Notes: generated by a model not told the origin, from the letters alone. 64,000 bases of DNA from Nitrospirales bacterium (GCA_965223295.1 CBDCWC010000003.1:1312001-1376000); one strand, 5' to 3'; counted from the first letter of the stretch, positions 44,912-54,488 are shown. Program-made: numbers and translations.

Positions 44912-45252
44912 TCAGGGACAATTGGGGTGCTCATCACTACAGGTAACAACCCAATCCGTCGGGCAAGAAACGGGCCCTCCTCCTCCTGTACAACCAGTGC
45001 AACTACCACTTGAACAGTCATCGCAACAAAACCACTTGCTTTCCTGTGTACGTTCAGGTATTGCGATATAACCGTTTCTAATAATTGGCTCGCGTACTTT
45101 ATCATTTGTGGTACTACATGCAACAAAGCTTAGACACAAAACTACAAGTGCTGAGCAGCCCCGATGAGTTGCTCTGCAGTTCTCATTTGGCGTGATTGTG
45201 CAGAACTCGAAATCGCACAATCTGATTTTGGGGATTGCTCATTCCTGTTCAT
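44912..45252 (-). pseudogene. Small Cys-rich putative lipoprotein, apparently frameshifted
   Basis: The RBS-led ATG at 45252 opens only 36 codons; the lipobox-like LSFVAC and the Cys-rich tail lie in another frame (track 44912-45220, TTG start). Confidence 0.45.
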
Positions 45253-45366
45253 AATATCCTCTTTGGTTGGTTTAGTCTTTTAGACGCCGTCAAACCTACG
45301 GTCCGGTGGGCAACAGAGGTTGCCGACGTAGCACGTCATTTCGTCAGTAGGGACCATGGAACTCTC

Positions 45367-45404
45367 TAGGAAAACACCCATGTATTTCAACGGGTGTTTT
45401 CCTA
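45367..45404. terminator. Hairpin just downstream of the VWA gene
   Basis: TAGGAAAACACCC-loop-GGGTGTTTTCCTA. Confidence 0.65.
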
Positions 45405-45423
45405 ACTACAAGTCGCCCAAACC

Positions 45424-47229
45424 CTAACTAGCTGTAAACGTTGGTGGGATCGGAACCAGTGGCCTGCGCGGCGGCAGTTGCGGACGCACAATCGGCTGAA
45501 TAGTTTCGACATCCATGGTCAGATGCCCATCCGCACCGGTCGCAGTGTAGACCGCGGTCACCACCAGTTGCTGCGTGCTGACAATTTCGAGGAAACCAAT
45601 CGTCAGTGGCAAGCTGCCTTCGACCGGCGCGCCGTAGTGCAGTTCGGCCAGTCGTTTGCAATCGTCCATCGTCGCCGCATGCGTGCGCAGCTTGATGCGG
45701 TCAGCGCCGACCGGGTTGTGCGCCCGTGGTTCGCGGGCCACGCCGATGCCTGCTGACACGATAGGCGTCACCAGTTTGGATACCGCTGCCGTGTTTCGTC
45801 CTGGATTGTGGATGTTGATGTCAGTTGCATAGCGCCCTGGTCGTACTGTCGCCTCGTCGCAACCGCAGTCGGGGGCGGTGCCGCAGACATATTTGACCGA
45901 ATAAACGAACTCAGGCGGACAGGCTGGGATTGTGATGGTAACAGGCTTGCGCACGATCACCGTGCCATCGGCTACCGCATTCAGCCCGCCTTTGACCACC
46001 ACATCCTCGTCTCCGCAGGGTTTTATCCCGCGCCATTTTACCTTATAAGGTAGCACGTGGGTTTCCTTGCCAGACAGCGGGCCGTAGGAGGTAGGTGTGA
46101 TCGACTCGACAAACGGTGCTACCGCCGCCGTCGGCTCCAGCGTTACCTGGTCAATGGCCAGCACGGCCGCCTCGATCAGATCGATAATGGTATCGACAAT
46201 AGCCGCCGCATTGATTCCCAGGACATGTTGCCCGCCGGTCATATCCGCAAAACGGGTTGCCTGCCCCGCGCCGCCGCCGACGGTACAGGTTCCAGCATAG
46301 CTAACAGCGCCGATTGTCGGATCGCCGTCAAGCGCATCGGGAGTGCCGGTGTCGGTGCTGATCGCCACGATCACCATATCGTCCTGCATCGCGAGTTTGG
46401 CGGTGACAGAAGCTTCGGAAATGTCATATGGCAGTCCAGAGATTCCCGAACAGATCGGATCATGTCCAGGGGCGTCCCCGAACCAGACGATGATGCGTTT
46501 GGAATCGCTGCGCCAGCCAATCGGACCGCCGGGATCTTCCGCCAAGGCGTCCAAGGCAAAGAGCTGACCTTCGGGGGTGTCTCCGCCCCCGCCTGCCGTC
46601 CAGGTGTTGATGGCGGCGGTCACGGCTGCGGTGTTGGTATCTGGAGCCAACTGGTTCGTGAAGGGCGGATTATCGCCCGGCAGGTCACGGTAGTTGCCGA
46701 CCCCGAATGCAATATCGATCGGCCCGTAGTCCGCGCTTTGTATCGCATCTGCCCCTGCCTGCACTGCCGCCAGAATGCTGCTCATGCTGCCGGTTGTATC
46801 GGCCAGTAGATAAACGTCGGCCTTGCTCACTCCCGCATTAGGGGGGATGGTGACGGTCACGATTTCCTCTTCGGTCTCGCCCAGCTCCAGCACCAGATCG
46901 TTGCTGGTCGGGTCAATCGTTGCGCCGGCGCCCGGAGGGGCCATCGGGCGGACGACGGGTTTGCCGATGACCGCCTCGCCAAGCGAGGCTTTCACGCTGT
47001 CCGACAGTGTATCCGCAGAGACCTCTTTGCCGTCATCATCGACAATCGCCACATGGCGCGCGCCATTAGGATCGGCGCGGTCGAACGTAATGAACCGATG
47101 CAGAGTGCGACCGTCCTCGGCCACCGTGAACCGTGCAGAGCGCGTCATTGTCGCACTGTCGCCCTTGACCTTACTTTCGGCCAGCTTGGCCACTGCTGCA
47201 AGACACTTTTTCGATGGGGATTTTTCCAT
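45424..47229 (-). CDS. VWA (integrin-beta I-like) domain protein, GC-rich
   Basis: DVYLLADTTGSMS (MIDAS), GGGDTPEG, IGWRSDSKRIIVWFGD; C-terminal YSVKYVCG...YATDINIHNP...VTAVYT domain; RBS AAGGAG. Confidence 0.85.
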   Translation of the reverse strand: MEKSPSKKCLAAVAKLAESKVKGDSATMTRSARFTVAEDGRTLHRFITFDRADPNGARHVAIVDDDGKEVSADTLSDSVKASLGEAVIGKPVVRPMAPPGAGATIDPTSNDLVLELGETEEEIVTVTIPPNAGVSKADVYLLADTTGSMSSILAAVQAGADAIQSADYGPIDIAFGVGNYRDLPGDNPPFTNQLAPDTNTAAVTAAINTWTAGGGGDTPEGQLFALDALAEDPGGPIGWRSDSKRIIVWFGDAPGHDPICSGISGLPYDISEASVTAKLAMQDDMVIVAISTDTGTPDALDGDPTIGAVSYAGTCTVGGGAGQATRFADMTGGQHVLGINAAAIVDTIIDLIEAAVLAIDQVTLEPTAAVAPFVESITPTSYGPLSGKETHVLPYKVKWRGIKPCGDEDVVVKGGLNAVADGTVIVRKPVTITIPACPPEFVYSVKYVCGTAPDCGCDEATVRPGRYATDINIHNPGRNTAAVSKLVTPIVSAGIGVAREPRAHNPVGADRIKLRTHAATMDDCKRLAELHYGAPVEGSLPLTIGFLEIVSTQQLVVTAVYTATGADGHLTMDVETIQPIVRPQLPPRRPLVPIPPTFTAS

Positions 47230-48125
47230 AATTTTGCTCCTTTTCTAAATTTGTGAAATATTCGCGCCAATAACCATCAGTGAGTGCATAGCGAGTACCC
47301 TCAGGTTGTTTCTCCTTTACGCGAGGGGGTTGTTAATAGAAGTCTTGATTCTGATGAGCCATATTGAGCAAAACCCGGACCTTTCCCAACCACCTCAAGT
47401 ATGGAATTCCTAACTATTTGAATCTATATGGCTTTAGGGGTAAAGAGACAGCTTGAACAATTGTGCCAGGAGGGAGATGGAAAAGGACTGGAGGATCCAA
47501 TCAGATACGTTTTGTATCCAATTGGATAGCAAGAATCATTGTGGGTGACTGGTAATGTTTTCTTGATGGCGTCACTTGCGGAATGACTGTGTTCATTGTT
47601 GGGTCATACAAGGAGACTAGGTCTGTGAGAAAAAGAACTTTCCTCGAATTCGATAAAACAAAGTTAGCGCGGAGTTTTGAGAGACTGGCTCTTTTCTCAT
47701 TACCGTATGACACTCCTGTTACCTTGAATGCGTCAGTAAGAACAAAATCTGAGAATATCTTCAACCACGTCTGGTAATTTACGAACACACCGAATAGGTC
47801 AAGATACGAAAACTTTTTTCAAGGCATGTTGAATTGGGATATCTATTTTGCTTCTTCTCAATTTGAAGCTATGTTGCCCTTCCCTCTCCATTTCATTGCG
47901 CATATTCTATGAACACTATCAGCTGCTCGAATTGTGTGTAACTAACTAAAACCCCGTAGTGTTAGATCGTCAGAGCCTTCTAGGTCATGTTTTAACTTAC
48001 ATCTATTGTCATTCCAGAGGCATTGCGATTTTCCAGCTCATCAGGGTACTCTTACTAGACTAAGGGAGATAATGCTGTGAAAGGGTTAACGGATGAAGGA
48101 GGGTCGCAAATAATGGAGAAATTTT

Positions 48126-48593
48126 ATGAAACATCTTTGGGTTTTAGTGCTGATCTGCTGTCTGGCATTTGGGCTATCTTCTCAATCTTATGCTGACTTT
48201 TTTGACAAGTTGGGCGAGGTCGTCGACCGGGTCACAGACCGCGCAGAAAAAAAGGCGGAAGATAGAGTCAATGAAGCAGCGGATGATGCGGTAGATGATA
48301 CTTTTAACAAGACGGAGGAAGCGGTTGATTGTGCTTTAACAGATAAAGTGTGTATTCAGAAAGAAGAGGCGAAAAAGTCACAACAGATGCCCGCCGTAAG
48401 CACAGGGAGTTCAGCAGCTACAATGAAATGCGTAGTAACGGATGTGGTATGTCTCAAAGAGGCCAAGTCGCTTGGGAAGCAAGTTGAGATTGTGGATGAA
48501 GAAGATTTGGATAAACTCCGCTGTGCGGTGACGGATGTCGCCTGTCTCCAAAAAGCCAAGCAGCTAGGCAAGCAAGTCGAACTGATTGATTGA
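48126..48593 (+). CDS. Secreted protein with three CxxTDxxC repeats
   Basis: Signal peptide MKHLWVLVLICCLAFGLSSQSYA; repeats CALTDKVC, CVVTDVVC, CAVTDVAC; RBS GGAG. Confidence 0.8.
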   Translation: MKHLWVLVLICCLAFGLSSQSYADFFDKLGEVVDRVTDRAEKKAEDRVNEAADDAVDDTFNKTEEAVDCALTDKVCIQKEEAKKSQQMPAVSTGSSAATMKCVVTDVVCLKEAKSLGKQVEIVDEEDLDKLRCAVTDVACLQKAKQLGKQVELID

Positions 48594-48630
48594 GCTCTAC
48601 ATCATAATGGTCGAAAGTTCCACATGAAAA

Positions 48631-48667
48631 AGAGCCGGATTTCCGATGAGATCCGGCCCTTACTTTT
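48631..48667. terminator. Probable bidirectional terminator between convergent genes
   Basis: GCCGGATTTC-CGAT-GAGATCCGGC with A- and T-rich flanks. Confidence 0.65.
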
Positions 48668-48712
48668 GAGACATCGAAACAAGAACTTGTTAAAAGAAAA
48701 GCTTACTTCCCA

Positions 48713-48952
48713 TTAATCATCGTCATCATCATCGTCGTCCTCGGCTTCGAGGGCGGCCTGCCGCATTTGTTCTTCCATCGCATTGTGGATAAGCATACGG
48801 ATGAACATGGAAATGACGGAGCCTTTTTCTAGTGTTCCACCTGGAGGAATGGCGATGCGTCCTTCTTCCACCATTTTATCCAGCCATTTCTTTTGATCAG
48901 GGGTGAGATGTAGTGGGATTTCAACTAACGGCACTTTGCCAAACATATCCAT
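48713..48952 (-). CDS. Small hypothetical protein with poly-Asp tail
   Basis: RBS AGGAG; beta-helix-helix-like pattern; ends EDDDDDDDD. Confidence 0.75.
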   Translation of the reverse strand: MDMFGKVPLVEIPLHLTPDQKKWLDKMVEEGRIAIPPGGTLEKGSVISMFIRMLIHNAMEEQMRQAALEAEDDDDDDDD

Positions 48953-49108
48953 AAAGACGCTCTCCTATCATGCAATAAGAATGAAGTAGTTTGATAGATC
49001 AACCTTGATCGATATCACCATGCGGTCTTTTTGTTTGTCAATGCAAAAAGAGCAAAGCTTTGATCCTAAGAGATGATGTTTGGGTGAACGAAGAAGAACG
49101 AGAAAATA

Positions 49109-49912
49109 TTACTCAAGATTGAGGACATCAGCCATGGAATAGAGATTGGGCGGTTGTTGGACTACCCAGGCAGCGGCTCTCAGAGCGCCACGGGCAAAGG
49201 TATCGCGGGTATGGGCCCGGTGGGTGACTTCGATGCGTTCGCCGGGTCCACCAAAGAGCACCGTATGATCGCCCACGATATCGCCAGCCCGGATGGTTTG
49301 CATCCCAATTTCACGAGTCTTGCGTTCCCCTGTGATACCCTGGCGAGCATAGACGCCGACTTCTTGGAGGTCCCATTCCATTCCTTCTGCTAAAGCTTCA
49401 GCTAATCTGAGAGCGGTTCCGCTAGGCGCGTCTTTTTTCTTATTATGATGAGCTTCGATGACTTCGATGTTGTAGGACTCTCCCAAAGATTTGGCGATTT
49501 TTCCAATTGTATTCACGAGGACATTAACGCCTACACTCATATTTGGCGAAAAGACACAGGGAATTTTACTGGCCAATGTTTTCAGTTGCATAAGTTCTTG
49601 ATCAGAAAACCCTGTGGTGCCAATGACCATGGCTTTTGATGCCTTGACTGCTTTTTCAAGGTTAGTCAGGCATGAAGCTGGGCCAGTGAAATCAATAACG
49701 ACGTCACTTTGACCAAAGCAGGCATCAAGGTTGTCACTGAGAGGAACTCCTGTTTTCCCAATTTGCGCAATTTCTCCCGCGTCTCTTCCCAGCGATGGGT
49801 GCCCTTTCATCTCAATTGCGCCAGTAAGAGTAAGTCCTTCGGTTTCCCGTGTTAAGGCGACGAGGCGCATGCCCATTCGACCGGCTGCGCCAACAATAAT
49901 CGTTCGCACCAT
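49109..49912 (-). CDS. dapB: 4-hydroxy-tetrahydrodipicolinate reductase
   Basis: GAAGRMG, IDFT, GTTG, EAHHNKKKDAPSGTA, RAGDIVGDH. Confidence 0.97.
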   Translation of the reverse strand: MVRTIIVGAAGRMGMRLVALTRETEGLTLTGAIEMKGHPSLGRDAGEIAQIGKTGVPLSDNLDACFGQSDVVIDFTGPASCLTNLEKAVKASKAMVIGTTGFSDQELMQLKTLASKIPCVFSPNMSVGVNVLVNTIGKIAKSLGESYNIEVIEAHHNKKKDAPSGTALRLAEALAEGMEWDLQEVGVYARQGITGERKTREIGMQTIRAGDIVGDHTVLFGGPGERIEVTHRAHTRDTFARGALRAAAWVVQQPPNLYSMADVLNLE

Positions 49913-49929
49913 GCTAGGGCTTCCTACAT

Positions 49930-50120
49930 GGGTCTGTTGAAAAAAGCCGCCAGCGGCGTTCTCGCCCTTTTTCCGTGCTCACGTAGTACCAGTACGCTCC
50001 GCGTGCAAAAATGGCTGCGGCCTTGCTGGGCGGACTTTTTTGAACAGCCCCGACGCTGCTGATCGCCAAGGGCTTCCTGGCGAAATGTGGCTTTTGATCT
50101 TTGCACTATTCGACACTCTC
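49930..50120 (-). mobile_element. MITE family A copy 8, between dapA and dapB
   Basis: GGGTCTGTTGAAAAAA...TTCGACACTCTC; flanks TACAT/TACAG; terminal base overlaps the dapA stop codon. Confidence 0.88.
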
Positions 50121-50992
50121 TACAGAATTGACGCTTGCTGTAAAGCGTCTCTGAGTTTTTGATGGTATTGCTCGGCAAGGGGCGTGAGAGGAAGTCGAAC
50201 TTCATTCGACATTTTACCCATGAATCCCAGGGCTGTTTTGACAGGAATCGGGTTGGTTTCTAGGAACAGGGCACTAAACAAAGGCGTTAACTTGTAGTGA
50301 AATGTTCTGGCCTGTTCATAATCACCTTTGAGTGCAGCGGAAACCAGGTTAGCCATGGCTGCTGGAGCCACATTGGCCGTCACGGTAATGACACCTTTGG
50401 CACCAAGGGCCATCATGGGAAGTGTTAAGGGATCATCACCGGAAAGGATAAGAAAGCCAGCTTTTGATTGATGAATGATTTCTGACACTTGTTGGAGTGA
50501 TCCGCTGCCTTCTTTAATGCCAACGATATTGGGAATCTGGGATAGCCGAGCTGTGGTGGCTGGGAGCATGTTCACGCTCGTGCGACCAGGAATGTTATAC
50601 AAAATTTGTGGTAAGTCCACGGCTTTCGCCACTGTTTCAAAATGGCGGAAAAGTCCTTCTTGAGTCGGCTTATTGTAGTAGGGAGTAATGAGCAGAGCTC
50701 CATCGGCTCCAACGGCCTTCGCATGTTTGGTAAAGGTCACGGCCTCGTCTGTAGAGTTGGAGCCTGCCCCGGCGATAACGGGAATCCGTTTATTCACGAC
50801 CTCTACAGTTACGGCGACCACGCGTTCATGTTCTTTAGGCGTGAGTGTTGCCGACTCTCCTGTTGTTCCACAAGGCACAATGCCATGCGTGCCATTGGCG
50901 ATATGAAACTCGATGAGGTTAGCCATGGCTTGTTCATCAAATTTCCCATGAGAGAAGGGTGTGACGATGGCAACTAAGGATCCAGAAAACAT
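50120..50992 (-). CDS. dapA: 4-hydroxy-tetrahydrodipicolinate synthase
   Basis: GTTGES, PYYNKP, LYNIPGRT, GIKEG, ETNPIPVK. Confidence 0.97.
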   Translation of the reverse strand: MFSGSLVAIVTPFSHGKFDEQAMANLIEFHIANGTHGIVPCGTTGESATLTPKEHERVVAVTVEVVNKRIPVIAGAGSNSTDEAVTFTKHAKAVGADGALLITPYYNKPTQEGLFRHFETVAKAVDLPQILYNIPGRTSVNMLPATTARLSQIPNIVGIKEGSGSLQQVSEIIHQSKAGFLILSGDDPLTLPMMALGAKGVITVTANVAPAAMANLVSAALKGDYEQARTFHYKLTPLFSALFLETNPIPVKTALGFMGKMSNEVRLPLTPLAEQYHQKLRDALQQASIL

Positions 50993-51008
50993 AATAGCGT
51001 GCTTGTCT

Positions 51009-52268
51009 CTAGAGAAAAATTTCGGGTATGGATTCTCTGCGAATCAAATCTTCGTAGGTTTCTCGTTCTCGAATCACCATCATTTCGTCGTCTTTCACCA
51101 GGACTTCCGGTATCTTGGGTCGAGAATTGTAGTTTGAGGCCATCGTAAATCCGTAGGCTCCTGCACTCATCACCGCTAAGAGGTCTCCGGATTGTGCCTG
51201 CGGCATCTTCCGGTCTTTGGCTAAAAAATCTCCTGATTCGCAAATTGGGCCAACCACATCAACGGTATTGACGGGAGCCGATTCATTTTTGAGCACGGGT
51301 TGAATGTCATGATGCGCCTCATACAAGCTTGGGCGCAGCAGATCGTTCATGGCGGCATCCACAATGACAAAGTGTTTGTTAGAACCTGTTTTGTTGTAGA
51401 GAACCTTAGTCACCAGTACTCCGGCGTTTCCAGCAATGGATCGCCCGGGTTCCATAATAATTTGGCACGGGGTCTTTTGAAGAAGTGGAGAAATGGCGGC
51501 AGCCAGTTCATTTGGGTGTGGAGGCGTTTCATCTGAATAGGTAATCCCTAACCCGCCTCCGATGTTCATATAGCGAATATCAAGTCCCTGGGACTTCAGT
51601 GCCTGGATGAGGTCTAGCACTTTTTTGATGGCATCAACAAAAGGTGTGACTTGCGTTAATTGTGAGCCGATATGGCAATGCACACCCACCACATCGACAT
51701 GCGAGAGTTGCCTGGCGAGTTCAAACTCTTTGAGGGCCTGGTCAGCGGCAATCCCAAACTTACTTTTTTTCAGGCCAGTAGAAATGTAGGGGTGTGTCTG
51801 TGGATCGATATCGGGATTGATACGCAAGGCCACCGGCGCCTGCCGCCCTGTGGTTTTGGCAACTTCGTTCATGAGCTGAAGCTCATCAGGGGATTCGACA
51901 TTGAACATGAGAATTTCAGATTCTAAGGCGTAACGGATTTCTTCAGGAGACTTTCCTACTCCAGCAAAGACAATCTTGTTGGATGGCACTCCGGCTTTTA
52001 AGGCTCGGAATAGCTCCCCCCCTGACACAATATCTGCTCCGCTTCCCTCTTTAGCTAATAATTTTAATATCGCGATATTTGAGTTAGCTTTCATGGCATA
52101 CGCCACAACATGGGGGACGTTTTTGAAGGCGTCATCAAAGGCATGGAAATGACGAATTAATGTTCGGTGGCTGTAGACATAGCACGGGGTCCCTACTTGT
52201 TCAACAATCTGTTTGAGGGAAACGTCTTCGCAAAAAAGCTCATCGCCCTTGTAATGAAAATCATGCAT
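51009..52268 (-). CDS. lysA: Diaminopimelate decarboxylase
   Basis: YAMKANS, SKFG, HIGSQ, GGGLG, EPGR, GPICESGD, YNSRP; ATG 52268 overlaps the upstream stop. Confidence 0.97.
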   Translation of the reverse strand: MHDFHYKGDELFCEDVSLKQIVEQVGTPCYVYSHRTLIRHFHAFDDAFKNVPHVVAYAMKANSNIAILKLLAKEGSGADIVSGGELFRALKAGVPSNKIVFAGVGKSPEEIRYALESEILMFNVESPDELQLMNEVAKTTGRQAPVALRINPDIDPQTHPYISTGLKKSKFGIAADQALKEFELARQLSHVDVVGVHCHIGSQLTQVTPFVDAIKKVLDLIQALKSQGLDIRYMNIGGGLGITYSDETPPHPNELAAAISPLLQKTPCQIIMEPGRSIAGNAGVLVTKVLYNKTGSNKHFVIVDAAMNDLLRPSLYEAHHDIQPVLKNESAPVNTVDVVGPICESGDFLAKDRKMPQAQSGDLLAVMSAGAYGFTMASNYNSRPKIPEVLVKDDEMMVIRERETYEDLIRRESIPEIFL

Positions 52269-54138
52269 GACTTGGCATCTCTTCAAAAATATCCCAGTCA
52301 TCCAGCCCCAATTCCGCAACCGTGGCCTGAAAGGCTTCCTTCAATTTGAGATAGCGCAAGTTGACATGGGGTGTAATGGCTTTGAGGATTTCCCCGTCTA
52401 ACAGCGTCTGAATGGCTTTTGGTGTTGCATGTTTGAGATGTTCAAAGTTGACGACAATATCCATTTTTGCATCCAGGGCGGCTTGCTTAATGCGCCCCAA
52501 CAGTTCCTTGGCGTTTAAATGATCTAATGTTCCTTCGAGTTCAATAAAGAGAGCGGCAAACGCGTCATGCCGCCGGGCTGTGACATTCAAGCACAGGTCC
52601 TGTTTTTTGGCTGGTTGAGAAGCTTGCGGAAACAGGGCATTAGGAATCAATTGTTGCGTTTCAAATGTCGGAAGCTTAGCTTGAAGATTTTTGAGCACAT
52701 CAGCTAAAGGAGAGAGTCGGCCTTTTGGCGTGGACCGGCGTATGAGTTTTCGAAATTCCCAATTCATTTCCAAACGCGGAATGAAGCGTTGGCTGGTGTG
52801 GGCGACACGTTTCCAAATGCAAGGCCAGGAATAAAATTCATGGTTAGCCCAGAAAAACCCTTCTTGCAATTGTTCTGGCGTCATCCGCTTAGGTTTGTAG
52901 ACGACATGTTTGCCGTCGTATTTTGACCAATCTTGATCAAAAATACGCCCTTCTTGTTTATAACGCTCAAACAACGCCGTGCCGGGAAGTGGGGTGAGAA
53001 CATTGAAGTATGCTAACTCTACTTTATTGCGTGTGAGAAAATTAATAGCCGTTTCAAACACAGATTCATCATCATTGTCGAAGCCAAATACGATGCCGGG
53101 GTTGACCATGATGCCGTGGTCGTGAAACATCTTGATTTGATCTTCAAATTTTCGAACTTGGTTAAAGCCCTTATTCGTTTCACCCAAGGAATCTTCAGAT
53201 AATGACTCCAAACCTACAAAGACGGAGACGCATCCGCTGTCCGCCGCCAATTTCACCATGTCGGGATCATCTCCAAGGAACAGGGTGGACTGGCAGCCCC
53301 ATTTAATGTTGAGGGCTTTCAGAGCTTGCCAGAGTTCCCGACAATAGGCTCGATGGCTATTGTGCAAGTCGTCCACAAAGGCCACAATCGATCCTTCTTC
53401 TAGCCCGACCCAAATCTTTAAAGACGTAAATAAGGCGTTGAGTAAGGAGCCCTGGGTCATGCGTTCGACAATATCAGAACGCAGCCATTCTTTAGCATGT
53501 TTCAATTCTTCGATCACTTCAGGTACCGGTCGGCGTCGTGTGGTTTTTCCATTAAATGGCGACACGCTGCAAAACTCGCAATCAAAGTGACATCCGCGTG
53601 TTGTAAAGCTACATAATCGAGTCATATAGGAATCGGGACTGAGAAGTTCAATGCGTGGAGGTTTGTAGTCGTGTAAAGCTGGGAACTGATCCATTCTGTA
53701 CAGACGTTTTAAGGTGCCTGCTTCGAAATCAGCAACGACCTGTGGCCAGAGATATTCGGCTTCGCCACAGACAATGGCATCGCAATGCTGGAGCGCTTCA
53801 TCAGGGCAATAGGTGGGATGCACCCCTCCCAACACCACCTTTTTGCCTCTGGCGCGAAACTCCTCCGCAATTTCGTAAGCTCGTGGGGCATAGCAGGTCA
53901 TGACGGACAAGCCGACTAAATCACAGGGGGTTTCAAAATTAATGTCTGTTGTCGCCTCATCCACAAGTTCGATGTCCCAGGATGATGGCGTATACGCGGC
54001 AATCACTGGCAAAGAAAGTTTGGGAAACCAGATAGACCGGCGTTCACTGGCGGTCATATGGTACGGGTTGTTGCGCGGGTATGGATCTAATAATAAGAGC
54101 TTGGGGCGTGTCACGCATGGGGATTCCTGAGCAGACAT
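52261..54138 (-). CDS. B12-binding radical SAM protein with C-terminal STAS-like domain
   Basis: GGVHPT, RGCHFDCEFC (CxxxCxxC), GLES, TPLPGT; C-terminal IELEGTLD...IVVNFEHL; ATG 54138 after GGAGG (track start 54408 is too long). Confidence 0.88.
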   Translation of the reverse strand: MSAQESPCVTRPKLLLLDPYPRNNPYHMTASERRSIWFPKLSLPVIAAYTPSSWDIELVDEATTDINFETPCDLVGLSVMTCYAPRAYEIAEEFRARGKKVVLGGVHPTYCPDEALQHCDAIVCGEAEYLWPQVVADFEAGTLKRLYRMDQFPALHDYKPPRIELLSPDSYMTRLCSFTTRGCHFDCEFCSVSPFNGKTTRRRPVPEVIEELKHAKEWLRSDIVERMTQGSLLNALFTSLKIWVGLEEGSIVAFVDDLHNSHRAYCRELWQALKALNIKWGCQSTLFLGDDPDMVKLAADSGCVSVFVGLESLSEDSLGETNKGFNQVRKFEDQIKMFHDHGIMVNPGIVFGFDNDDESVFETAINFLTRNKVELAYFNVLTPLPGTALFERYKQEGRIFDQDWSKYDGKHVVYKPKRMTPEQLQEGFFWANHEFYSWPCIWKRVAHTSQRFIPRLEMNWEFRKLIRRSTPKGRLSPLADVLKNLQAKLPTFETQQLIPNALFPQASQPAKKQDLCLNVTARRHDAFAALFIELEGTLDHLNAKELLGRIKQAALDAKMDIVVNFEHLKHATPKAIQTLLDGEILKAITPHVNLRYLKLKEAFQATVAELGLDDWDIFEEMPSHA

Positions 54139-54235
54139 TTTTAATAGTCCTCCACAAACACAAACAGTCGAAAAAAGATGTGATTCTACCTTGAAACGTA
54201 TTCTGTGAACAAATCCTTCGTATTGGAGCGCCGTT

Positions 54236-54487
54236 TTATCGTGTGCCAATTGGATAAAAGACTGGAAGTTCAATTGTTTCGTCTTCAGCAACAGGAGTTC
54301 CTGGGTATTCAGGGCTTGTTCCCTGTGCTTGATTCTCTTTTTGATGTTTTCTGATCTTGGCTTCAATGCCGACTTCTTCTGGTGCAATGGGTGGACCCAC
54401 GGCGGCACAGCCCTTCAAGACAGTCATGAGGACGAACAAACCTGTTATCACCATCTGCCGACTCACAATTTGATTATGGACATTCAC
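54236..54487 (-). CDS. Small lipoprotein (LptM/YifL-like position and motif)
   Basis: Hydrophobic stretch then LKGC-AAVGPPIAPE; between argH and the lysA block; start GTG 54487 or ATG 54454. Confidence 0.65.
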   Translation of the reverse strand: MNVHNQIVSRQMVITGLFVLMTVLKGCAAVGPPIAPEEVGIEAKIRKHQKENQAQGTSPEYPGTPVAEDETIELPVFYPIGTR

Positions 54488-54488
54488 G

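Noticed and set aside
46057-47248. Long antisense ORFs over the VWA gene
   Set aside because: Expected shadow ORFs of a GC-rich coding strand
47230-48125. About 900-bp AT-rich gap with short ORFs (47501-47788, 47583-47777) and two imperfect sigma54-like motifs on the minus strand (about 47367-47383 and 47452-47469)
   Set aside because: The ORFs have no RBS or motif, and each promoter-like motif deviates from consensus
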